Of a stretch of 64,000 nucleotides of DNA, positions 1 to 11,300 are shown in pieces. The notes under the pieces are model-generated. The model made no database searches, had not been told where the DNA came from, and was given only the letters and a program-made list of their open reading frames with translations. This stretch comes from Octopus vulgaris (lineage: Eukaryota): NCBI GenBank assembly GCA_951406725.2, contig OX597819.1, positions 34,906,001-34,970,000 on the forward strand. The letters are read 5' to 3'. The stretch's first letter is position 1; each line of letters opens with the position of its first letter. The position numbers and the translations under genes are program-made.

Positions 1-2315
1 CACTCAACATCACACTTCCTGCTGATCAGTCTCTCCCGAAATCAGTCTCACAGCCAGGCTAGGGAGTCATTTGATGCTTGATGGGTAGCCCCATTTTGCT
101 GGAACCGCTATTCATCTCGATCTATCCCACTGCATTGCTTTATTCAAACAGTTTTATTCAAAGATTTGTGAGTTCTGTTTTTTGGGGAGTAGTTGTTTTG
201 TTTAAAATAATCTTTTAAAAAACGCTCATGAATTATACCTCAATCCAATATTACTTGAGGCATGAATATTTCTACATTTCATTAATGATTTTATAATTAA
301 TAATAACTAATAAGAGAGTATGACGTTCCCTTCTGTGTGTACTTTTTTCATTGCATTATTATTGATTTCAAATTTTAGCACAAGGCCTGCAATTTTAGAA
401 GAAGGAGTAAGTCAATTACCTTGACCTCAGTAATCTACTGGTACTTGTTTTATCGTCTCTGAAAGGATGAAAGGCAAAGCTGACCTCAGTAGTGCTTGAA
501 CTCAGAACATAGACAGATGAAATACTGCTAAACATTTTGCCCAGCGTGCTAATGATTCTGCCAACTTTTTCTGACCACCTTAATATTAATTGCTAATTAG
601 TACATGTTTCATCTTGAAGAGTTACTTTCAGATATCAAATATTAAAATATTTAAATTTTAAGAAAATTTCATGAATAATTATACAAGGAAGAGCAGCATT
701 CCCTGCTTTCTATTCTGTAATTTTCCAAAGGTGGGATATTAAGGTTCGCCTATTGTACCAAGGTCAACCGGGGAATGAACATCAATGAAGATAAGTTTCA
801 CTAATTGCCTATTTTAACTTTTAACCCTTTAGCATTCAGATTATTCTGTAAAATGTAATGCTTATTTATTCCCATTGTTTTGAATTAATCATGCATTATC
901 TCAGTTTCAAGATTTCAATGTCATTGTTTATTTTTAGAATAACATCAAAATGTAAGTGTGAGAGTCTAGATTTGACCAGTTTGAACATTAAACTGGTAGA
1001 ATATTTGGGCTAGATATGGCTAGCTATTGTAGTTCACCACTCTCATCCATATCTGTTGGCAAGTACTATGTCTTGGTATAGTTTTGAAATATATTTTGCT
1101 GCATGTGCATATATTATCATTTAGTTAACATTTAATAATTAGCCAGTATGTATTCCACTTTAGTTCTTGAAATTCTACTTTAAGATTGCAAAGTTCCAGC
1201 CAGTGCAAGGGTGACTTGGTAAGAGGCATAAAAGTGAAGAGATAAGCCTAAAAAGAGATTAGCAAAATGGGAACAGCAGAAAAAGTAGTTTGCAAGGTAG
1301 GTAGTTGACAAGTTTGTTTAGCAAGAGGAGAAGCAGAAAGTAGGTTTTCCAATGTTCTACAACATGAGGACCAGAAGCATAAGGTGTTCTAGATTGCAAG
1401 GCAGTGTATCAGAGAAAAAGTAATATGTTGTTGAATAAAACTGTGTTCAAATGGATAATGGAATACTTGTACTTAATGATTCTGAAAAGAAAAAGGTATG
1501 GAAGTACTTCTATGAAAGGCTGGAAACCATGCTAAGTAGACAACTGAGCTGGAACAGGTTTTTTGTTGTAGAGGAAATACCTAACTACTTGCATTAAACA
1601 AGAGTGGGGCAGAGGATAAAACTAAAAAAAGAGACAAAGATGGTAGTGATGAGATGCAAGGTAGAAGGTGAATAGAAGTGTGAGTGGAAATGGAAGAATA
1701 GGAAGAGTGGGTGAATAAGGGTTACGAGAGTGTACAGGGTGAGTGAGATATGGTTAGAAATGGGTCATGCATAAAAAAGTGAATATGAGGAATGACACAA
1801 GAATTGAGGGGCCAGTTGATAAAATTTATGAGTTGATAGGACAGTAAGAAAGAGTTGATAATGACTGTAAAGCTTTGGTAAGGTTAAGGGGTGGATGTAA
1901 TTGAATGATGAACCAGGGTGAAGGCATACTCAATGATACATATGAGTTAGAGGGAAGGTGGAACAGAGTAAGTGATGACTGGCAGTACAGAAAGGAATGA
2001 AAAGCAGCAGAATATAAATAATAATACAGTAGACAGGAAATGAATTAAATGGAGATGACATGTAGATGGGTATGTTGTAAGAACATAAATGGAGAGACAG
2101 CTGTATTGTGTGGGGAGAGAGGAAGATATCTGGTCATAGAAATAAATCACGTGATTCATAGGAAAGGGAGAGATAATTTGGAGCACAGAAGGGTGGGTGA
2201 TAAATGTAAAATATGAATGGTGAGTGACGGTGTTAAAAGTGAAGAGTGGATGTCAAATGAAGTAGTTCTGAGTAGGGGAGAGAAAAGTGGTAGCACAGAA
2301 AAGGATTATGAAATA

Positions 2316-3267
2316 TGTGGTCTGATTAATAAGTATCTGGACTGCTGCCACAATAACAAAGCAAAAGCATGCAGAGTGAAGCCACATGGCACAGATTGAC
2401 CTTGTACATGTGCACTAAGTTTTAACATTCTAGCCCACTTCTGCTATTTACAGCAGTGCTAGAAAAAAAACATGTGTAGCATGTGATCATTGCATTGACC
2501 ATGACAGAGAAAGTTGAGCAGAGAATCTGCATCAAATTTTGCCATAGGCTTTGCAATACTTGTTCAGAGGGCTACACGAAATTGCAGAAAGTGTATGGAG
2601 AGGAGTGTATGTGACACACACAAATGTATGAGTGGTTCAGATGTTTCAAAGATGGCTGAAAAATGCCATTCGTGACGAACATTCTGGGAGACCTGCAACC
2701 AACAGAACTGAGAAAAATATCGCAGATGTGCTTGCTGTTGTGAGGGGAAATCATTGTATCACCATCTGTGAGTTATTAGAGGATGTGCAGATTAGTTACA
2801 GTTCAGTTCAGTTCATTATCTCTGAAGATTTGGGTATGAGATGCATGTCTGCCAAGTTTGAGCCAAAACTGTTTTCAGCTAACCAAAAAGACACTCAGGT
2901 TTCAGTTGCACAAAATCTCCTTGATTGTGTTGAGAATGATGAAAACTTTTTGAAGACGGCTATAACGGATGATGAATCATGGGTCTATGGCTATGACCTT
3001 GAAACAAAGACTCAGTCTTCCCTGTGGAAGACTCCAACATCTCCGAGACCAAGAAAGCACAAATGAGTCAAAGCAATGTGAAAACACTGTTGACCATTTT
3101 CTTTGACTACAAGGGCATTGTTCATCATGAGTATGCTCCACTTGGTCAGACAGTAGACAAGGAATACTAGTGCAATGTTTTGCAGCATTTGCAGGATGCT
3201 ATTCATTGGGAAATACCACAATTGCATGCATCCAGTGAGTGGCAATTGCACCATGACAATGCACCTG
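2316..3267 (+). mobile_element. Degenerate mariner (Tc1/mariner) transposon remnant
   Basis: Broken frames read EQRICIKFC, YEWFRCFKDG, SGRPAT, ITDDESWVYGYDLETKTQS and WQLHHDNAP, with stops and frameshifts. Confidence 0.88.
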
Positions 3268-3298
3268 TAATGTACAATAAATTTTGTAAATATATTTT

Positions 3299-3625
3299 AT
3301 AGAACATTGCTCCGAATCTCTTGTTCAAATGTTGATAAATAAATCTTTTATTGGTCATAATGAAACCCACTTAATTTCGTTTGCCTAGAGCATGTAGTTA
3401 CTCAGATAGTCACATTTCAAATAATGTCAATGTTTTTGGAACACCCTGTCTATAAATGCCAGTATAGCCTAAATGGGCAAGCCACGTACTTCACCTCTTC
3501 ATAGAACATTGCTCCGAATCTCTTGTTCAAATGTTGATAAATAAATCTTTTATTGGTCATAATGAAACCCACTTAATTTCGTTTGCCTAGAGCATGTAGT
3601 TACTCAGATAGTCACATTTCAAATA
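3299..3625. repeat. ~125 bp direct repeat, two copies (3299-3423 and 3501-3625)
   Basis: ATAGAACATTGCTCCGAATC...CACATTTCAAATA occurs twice, apparently identical. Confidence 0.9.
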
Positions 3626-3718
3626 TTCTAAAGCAGACATTGGAACTTGCTGCAGCCCTCCGTCGAACTGTCCAGTCCATTTCACCATGGAAAAAAGGAT
3701 GTTACGTGATGTTGATGA

Positions 3719-3749
<31 letters not shown>

Positions 3750-4026
3750 CATACATACATACATACATACATACATACATACATACATACATACATACAC
3801 ATACATACATACATACATACATACATACATACATACATACATACATACATACATACATACATACATACATACATACATACGTACGTACGTACGTACGTAC
3901 GTACGTACGTACGTACGTACATACATACATACATACATACATACATACATACATACATACATACATACATACATACATACATACATACATACATACATAC
4001 ATACATACATACATACATACATACAT
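3719..4026. repeat. (TACA)n microsatellite with internal (TACG)n block
   Basis: Directly visible. Confidence 0.98.
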
Positions 4027-4394
4027 TTTTTTCCTGGTGAAGGCGGGTTCATGGGGTTACCCTGGGTTTCTCGTCCATAAAGGGTCTAACTTTACGGTTT
4101 ATCTTCAGATCCCAAAACCTGTTGGCCTATGACCTTTTTAAAATATGGAAGGGAAAATGATGTTAATGACTTTTTTTTTTTTGCCAAAGTTACTTTCAAT
4201 TTCAAACAAAATTAGCTGAAAGTTCTGAAAAAAGTGAAAAATACAAAAATAAAACATTTGAGAGCTGTAAATAAAATAGATTTGTACTACATAAGTATGA
4301 GAGAGTTTAAATTATTGAATCTGAAACGGTAATGTCGTTTTCAACACCACCTACAACTAAGGGAGATTATTTAATAAAGGGAGACTACTCTATT

Positions 4395-4553
4395 CACGAG
4401 TATCACGAGTTTTTTTACAGGGCTTAGAAAAACTGAAGGACCACTGCAATAAATATGTGAATCTGAAAGAGGAATATGTTGAATAATTGTAATTAACTGA
4501 TCCTCCTGTATTTTCATTTACCCAAAGCCAGGAACTTTTCAGCACTTCCTAGT
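4395..4553 (+). mobile_element. 3' end of a second mariner-like element
   Basis: GLEKLKDHCNKYVNLKEEYVE* resembles a mariner transposase C-terminus; followed by a TIR-like AACTTTTCAGCAC...TA. Confidence 0.6.
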
Positions 4554-4738
4554 ACAGGGCTTGATTTAATTCACTGACACTTTTGTCTCCTTGGTTTCTT
4601 CAAGAAGTGATTATAGCTGAGAATCTTAAAGAAATCTTCTTCAAACCGATTGCAGTGTTGGGGCAGATGCAGGTATAAACCCCAAGAATTACAGTATTCC
4701 TGTGAGGAACAGCAACCCCAGTATTATTAGCTTTGAAA

Positions 4739-5150
4739 AAGGCAGCAAGCTAGCAGAATCATTAGCATGCCGGACGAAATGTTTAGCAGCATTTCTTCTG
4801 ATTTCATGTTTTCAGTTTAAATTGCCTTTTATCCTTTCAAGGTTGATAAAAAAGTAGTAGTTGATCTCTAAATTCAATGTAATTGCCCTTAAATTTGTTA
4901 ACCTTATATCAAAACTGAAACCATTATTTAAGGCAGTGAGTTGGCAGAATCGTTAAAGCATTGGATAAAACTATTTAGCAGCATTTCATCTAGCTGTTTA
5001 TGTTCCCAGTTCAAATCGCAACAAAGTCGACTTTGTCTTTTATCCTTTCAGGGTCAATAATATAGGTACCAGTTAAGCACTGGGGTCAATGCAATCAACT
5101 TAACCTTCCTCTAAAATTGCTGGCCTTGTACTAAAATCTAAAACCAATAT
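4739..5150 (+). mobile_element. Two tandem tRNA-derived SINE copies (AAGGCAG..GCAGAAT head); related minus-strand copies at ~363-570 and ~19470-19680
   Basis: Shared head with GTTCAAAT B-box and shared core TTTGCCTTTCATCCTTT...TAAGTACCAGT, repeated across the window. Confidence 0.7.
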
Positions 5151-8130
5151 TATCTTTAATAGACAGTGTCCAATGTCGGTCAAAAGAAGTAAAAGAGTAG
5201 TGAAACTGTATTGTCAGGTTACTTCTTTAATTTGTCTCTTGAAGCCATTCTTCATACAATATTTCTTCTTCATATCTGCCAAGGTCAACTTTGCCTTTCA
5301 TCCTTTCGTAGTCAATTAAATAAGTACCAGTTATGCACTGGGGTCGATATAATCGACTTAATCCCCTTGTTTGTCCCTCTATGTTTCGTCCCCTGTGGGC
5401 AATATTTCTTCTTCATAAAGATAATTAAATCTTTTATTGTTTACTTGTTTCAGTCACTGGATTGTGGCCATGCTGGTACATCACTTTGAAGGGTCTTAGT
5501 AGAATGGGTTAACTCCAGTACTTATTCTATCAATCTCTTACACTGAACCACTAAAATACAACAACATAAACAAACAAAAACGTGTGGTGAAGCAGTAGTA
5601 GGAGACAAACACAAACACACACATACATATATATATATGATGAGCGTCTTTTAATTTCCATCTACCAAATCCACTCACAAGACTTTGCTCAACCTGGAGC
5701 TATAGTAGAAGACACATTGCCCAAGGTGCCACACAATGGGACTGTACCCAGAACCATGTGGTTGGAAGCTAACTTCTTCCCACACAGCCATACCTCCATC
5801 TATGTAATAAACTACAAATATTTTATTATTGGATCTTGTCACAAATGGCAATTGAATTTTCATTGTAACTAAAATTGAGATCTGTTAAATTTGTCATTGC
5901 TGATGTTGTTTAGCTTCAAGTCACCACTGGGCAAACCTATGATCAAAGGTGTGACAGCCATGACTATGTCGTCCTTTTGTATATCAAGAACTGTATTGTC
6001 CAATGTGTCTTATTTTTTAAAGCAGAAAAAAGTAATGTGAGGAAGGCTTAGCTGTTATTTCTAGCAGATTGCTGAACCCTGTAAAAAGACTTTTATTTGC
6101 CATCTTCAAGGAATATTAACTGTAGAATGAGTATTGCAGAGACTGGTTATTTGTAAAGCAAGTGTAGAGAAACTGAATGACTGACAGAAGAAAACATAGC
6201 GATTAAACCAGCCATGTCCAGGCAAAAGTATTTACTTGTTTTTATCTTTAAACTGGCCAAATCTGGTCTCTCATATTTACCCTACAATATTATTTTTAAA
6301 ATAAACAATCGCATCGTCAAAATCTCAAAACTACAAAGTAATGCATATCTAATTCATTTCAATGTGAATAAATAAGCATTACATTTGACAGAGTAATCTA
6401 GAGCTCCCTTTAATTTTACTCAGAGTGCTTTCAGTTTTGGTATATCATTGCAACTCTGAATTTTGACTATGATCAACCAATTACTTTATCTCATAAAATA
6501 AAGAATCTGATGCTATTTGGAATTAAAGTTGGGAAATTTGGGTAATTTTAACCAATCAACAGACAGCAAGGCATTAAACAGTTTGTAACTATGACAACTG
6601 CACGTTGTGTTTCACCTGCATGTGTAGATTCTTCACACTAAGAGATTTACTTCATCAGCGTGTTTTGTTTTAGTAAAAATTTATACTTATCAATTAGAAT
6701 TTTATTATAGATATTTTTCCTCAATTGTCTTAAAATTTTACATATTTTCCATATATAGCAAAAGTTGTTTGCGATGTTTATACAGTTTCTTGACATTATG
6801 AAGGTGATTGAAATATGTGAACTTAGTACAGATAATTTGACATTATTTTTGAATTCTGCATGCAAAAACCTATAAGATACAGGTATTCTTTTTCTTAGTA
6901 CAAATTCTTTGTTGTCCAGTGTTATTCCTATCATAGTTTATAAATCCAAACATGAAAATGTTACTCAACTTTGAAGTTTTGGAGATAGACGCCCCCTTTT
7001 CACGCACACACACACACACACATGCACTTATATAATAATGATGTACACAAATACATGACAGGTATACATAATACTGAAATACGCATAAAGCAAACACATG
7101 CAGACAAATATATTACTATAACAAATTTTTAGAAAATAATAAAAACATACAATCAATGAAGAGACAAAAGAAACAGTAAGATGATACATGTTGATTTGAT
7201 TAGGTATTTCTGTTTATTTAGAAACCTACAATGAAGAGGTCATTTCACAGACACTAAACTATAAATTTCACAGGGTACAACTTTAAAGTTGACACCACTA
7301 AACTTCTGTCACACCATTGGCTAAAAATACACAATTTTTTTTATTTTTAAACCTCTGTAACTTTTACCTCTAATTTTTTTCTCCACAACATCATACCTTC
7401 ATGGCAACTAGACTGGAAAACTTTATTATTATAGCCAATTTTCAGATTCTTTACTGTCTTTTAAAAAATGTATATTTTGCAAATGAAAAAAACTAGATCC
7501 AGTTAATCTGACGTTTGGATTAAATAATGATAAAGAACTGAGTTTATCTGCCACACCCACATCTAATGGTTTTAAAATGGTATAGAAGTATCTAAAGTTT
7601 ATTTTCCTTGCCTAATGGTATAATGATGGTTTAGAATTTATTTGTAATCTAAATCACTCATACTGAATAATAAAATAACCATTGTATTACCATTTTATTA
7701 CTCTATCAACCAGAATGTTTTTATACACCATTGGTCACAATGCACTTCCTCACATGGCTCGGCAAGCAGGGCAACATTTGCCATGAACCGAAGACCAATC
7801 TGCCATAGAGTTACCCATTTACAGCTGGGTGAACTAGAGCAATGCAAAATAAAGTGTTTTGCTCAAGTACACAGAACATAGCAAGTCTGGGAATCAAAAG
7901 CATAGCTTGCGATTGTGGGAACAATGCCCTAACCTCTAGGGCCATACACCTTCACACATAAGTGATTTTATTTAATCTCAAAGCCAAGAAAATAATTTGA
8001 ATCAATATGAAATTAGAAAAAAATAATAAATGCTTTGTTAGTTTTTTTTTTTTTTTCTTTACTTCTTTTTTTTCACGCTTTAATTAGAAAAATAGGGGGA
8101 AATATATATGAACTTTTCGAAAATCTTAGT

Positions 8131-8337
8131 TTAATCATCAGATTCAGTGTTATCAATCTTTTGTCTCTTCACACTTCCATTTTGATGTTCAGCAGCCATT
8201 CGTATTAGTTGTAACAAGTCATCATTGTCCTCACGTGTAATCAGCTCCATTTCACATGCCTCCTTGAAATTTCTTGCAAACTGTTCACTGTCTACTAAAA
8301 TAGTAGCTAGGTCAGAAACAGGTATTTTAGTAATTTC
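8131..8337 (-). CDS. DFFA: DFFA-like last coding exon
   Basis: Polypyrimidine tract plus CAG acceptor; EITKIPVSDLA...KRQKIDNTESDD then TAA; basic KRQK tail resembles an NLS. Confidence 0.85.
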   Translation of the reverse strand, partial: EITKIPVSDLATILVDSEQFARNFKEACEMELITREDNDDLLQLIRMAAEHQNGSVKRQKIDNTESDD

Positions 8338-11300
8338 CTGATGACAAAAAAAAAAAGAGAAAAGAAACATAAAGATCATTAACAACTGTTATTGTAGATG
8401 AGTAAGAAACTTAATTTCTGAGATATTTCTCAGTTTCCCTTTCTTATTTCCATTACATATATTCAGTAACAATGGTATCTTTATGGCATGTTTGGGTTAA
8501 AAGAAGAATCTAAGACAGTAGTTTTCAACTGGGGTTCACATAAGAATTTGTTGTTAAAATTTATGTGCAATAAATAGGTTATACTGCGACAAAATATTTA
8601 AGCATTTTTTAATACAATTCTAGGTGCAGGCATGGCTGTGTGTTTAGGGAGCTAGCTTCCTAGCTACATGGTTTTGGGTTCAGTCCCACCGTGTGGCACT
8701 TTGGGCAAGTGTCTTCTGCTATAGCCCCGGGCCGACCGAAGCTTTGTGATTGAATTTGGTAGGCAGAAGTAACTGCCGCGTGTGTATATGTGTGCGTAGG
8801 TGCTTGTGCCTCTCCGAAAGAGAGAGAGGGATTTAATCATAAAAATGTAAAAGGAGATTTTAGATGCTGAATGGCCATCAGGGTCCCTCTTCCCTGAGCA
8901 AAATAGGAATCAAAGGAGTTCATAGGTTAAAATGGTTGAGAACCATTCATCTAAGAGGCTACTGATTGGTTCACTACACTGTTGAAATTGGGGAGATCAC
9001 AAGGTGCCTCGTACACTCAACTTTTGAAAGCTTGTATTCAAAATGATGAAATAATTCCAATTGTAGCTTTTGGAAGTGAGTACATGTTAACAGATGAGTG
9101 AGCCAAATAGGCTAACCACTAAACCACAGCAAATATTCACAACAATAAATCAGTAACATCAACAGGAATGTGAATATTCCTGATATCCAGTACGGTCAAT
9201 TCACAACTCACCTCCAAATGATTGTCAGATAAAGCCAAACATTTGGCTAAGTCAAATTTTATTCCAGATAACAGCAAAAGAAGATCATTAGGTAAAGCCG
9301 GTGGTCCATCAGAAACATCATATGAAGCTCTCACTGTAAAAATAAAGTTTATACATGTTTACCTATATATATATGTGTGTGTGTATATGTGTGTGTGTAT
9401 ACGAATTTTTTGTGTAATGAGATAAAAAAAACCAAGGCTGTATAGATATTAGAACATTTATAGATAGAAGGTCTTACAGCTGTTTCTAGGATATTAATTA
9501 ATAATATCCCTTCATCGGAGACGGTGTGAGAGGATAGTTAGGTCATAGTTAGTTTCGATGTGATACAAAATAGAGAGTGAGGTGGAGGAAAGAAAATAGA
9601 TGCAAGATATGTAGGGATATTGAATTCGTAAATCCGTTTTATAGACATAATGGTATATATGTGTAATATTCCAATATCCTTTGAGTAAAAGGTGAAGACA
9701 ACAACGGCGGCGCCGACGAAGACATCAGCAGCAACAGCAACGATGACAGGATCTTTTCGGTTTGAACGGCAGTTTTTTTCTAGCGGTGTCATATGAAATT
9801 GTCATCCATAATTATGACCCTAGTATCGATCTATTGCATTTCAATCTGTTTTAGGGTTAGGGTTAGGGGTGGGGAAAGGTATCTTTTTTGGCGTAACTTC
9901 GGTATATGTACCGGAAGTACCGGATACATTTCAAGAAAGTGGTTTTTTTTATATATGGGGGGTTAGGATTAGAGGTGGGAGAAAAGGGTTTCTGTTATCT
10001 TCAGAAATGTAAACAAAGTCACGTGTGTACCTATACCGAAACATCGCCCTTTTTTTTAGGGACATTTTCATACGGCACAATGTTTTCACCTCAATAGACG
10101 TCATTGATTGGTTAAAATTGCATAAATTGAAGAAAAAAACAACAAATATCTTACAAACTATAGAATTTTCTCAATAAAGTCAAGAGAAAAAGGTGTTTTA
10201 TCAACACATTCTACCAGTATACGAAGTTTAAAAGTGTTTAGTTACGTGGAAATTATCTTAAAAAACTGCCGTTCAAACCGAAAAGATCCCGATGACGATA
10301 TATTTATTTTGGGACTAAAAATTTAATATATGAGTTAAAATTGGAATTATAGCAAGATTTGAATTAAAAAATTATTAAATTATGAAAAATCTGTTGAGTA
10401 AAGGGAGGAGGAGGAGCCTCGTTCTGAGTAATATTTTATGAATGAGCAATCCACGCGCGTTTGGCATAGAATTCCATTCATGTATGTTGTGAACGACAAC
10501 TAATCACAAGGTTACTAAATTCTAACAGCTATGGAAGTTTCTCAGGAAGATACGGCTTTTCTAGCTACTTTGTATGCAGCATGCGATCTGTTTCTAATGG
10601 ACGATTGTTTTCCTCTCAGGAAAAATAGCTTGTCTGCCAACAGGGATAATAACATGGCGACCTCGTTGCTGGCGACGTTAGCGAGGAAAGGTGAATCAGC
10701 GGCAACATCTAACAAACAAAGCAAAGCTCAAGCACGAGGTTCAAGCGAAAGAGATGTGTTATTTAATTTTAGGGACAACCAATTCCGTCAACATTTTCGA
10801 ATGGATCCGGAAACATTCGAAATACTGTGTTCAAACCTATCGCCGCATATCCTGAGAGAGAATCAAACCCGAGGCAGGAAACCAGTTCCGTTGGACAGGA
10901 AGGTAAACATACAAATAATAACATTAAATAAACAATGTATTTACTACCAACATCTGGGGATGTTTATCTCTTTTATGGCTATCTTTCGTCTCTAGTAGAC
11001 CTTTCCGTCGATTTCCGTAAAAAAATTTTTTTTTTTACATATGGGCTTGCGGGAATTTTTGAAGTAATATACATACATATACACATACACCGAGTAAAAA
11101 ATTTCAGTTATCTCTTTCTTTCACACATTACTCTGTCTCTTCACACACACTAACAGAAGCACTTCACTTACACAACATACTGTCTGTCTCCCACACCCCA
11201 TCAAACACACACATGTACATCAATGCTTTCCATGCACGGTAACTTCAAAAGAATTTCCCTCGTCATACAATCGCTTTCTCTTAGTCTCTTTCGCTCTCAT

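Noticed and set aside
3583-4080. YIHT/MYVC repeat ORFs
   Set aside because: Translations of the (TACA)n microsatellite.
10531-10995. 154-aa ORF as a stand-alone gene
   Set aside because: Similarity ends at the GT donor (10903); it is exon 1 of the HARBI1-like gene reading into the intron.
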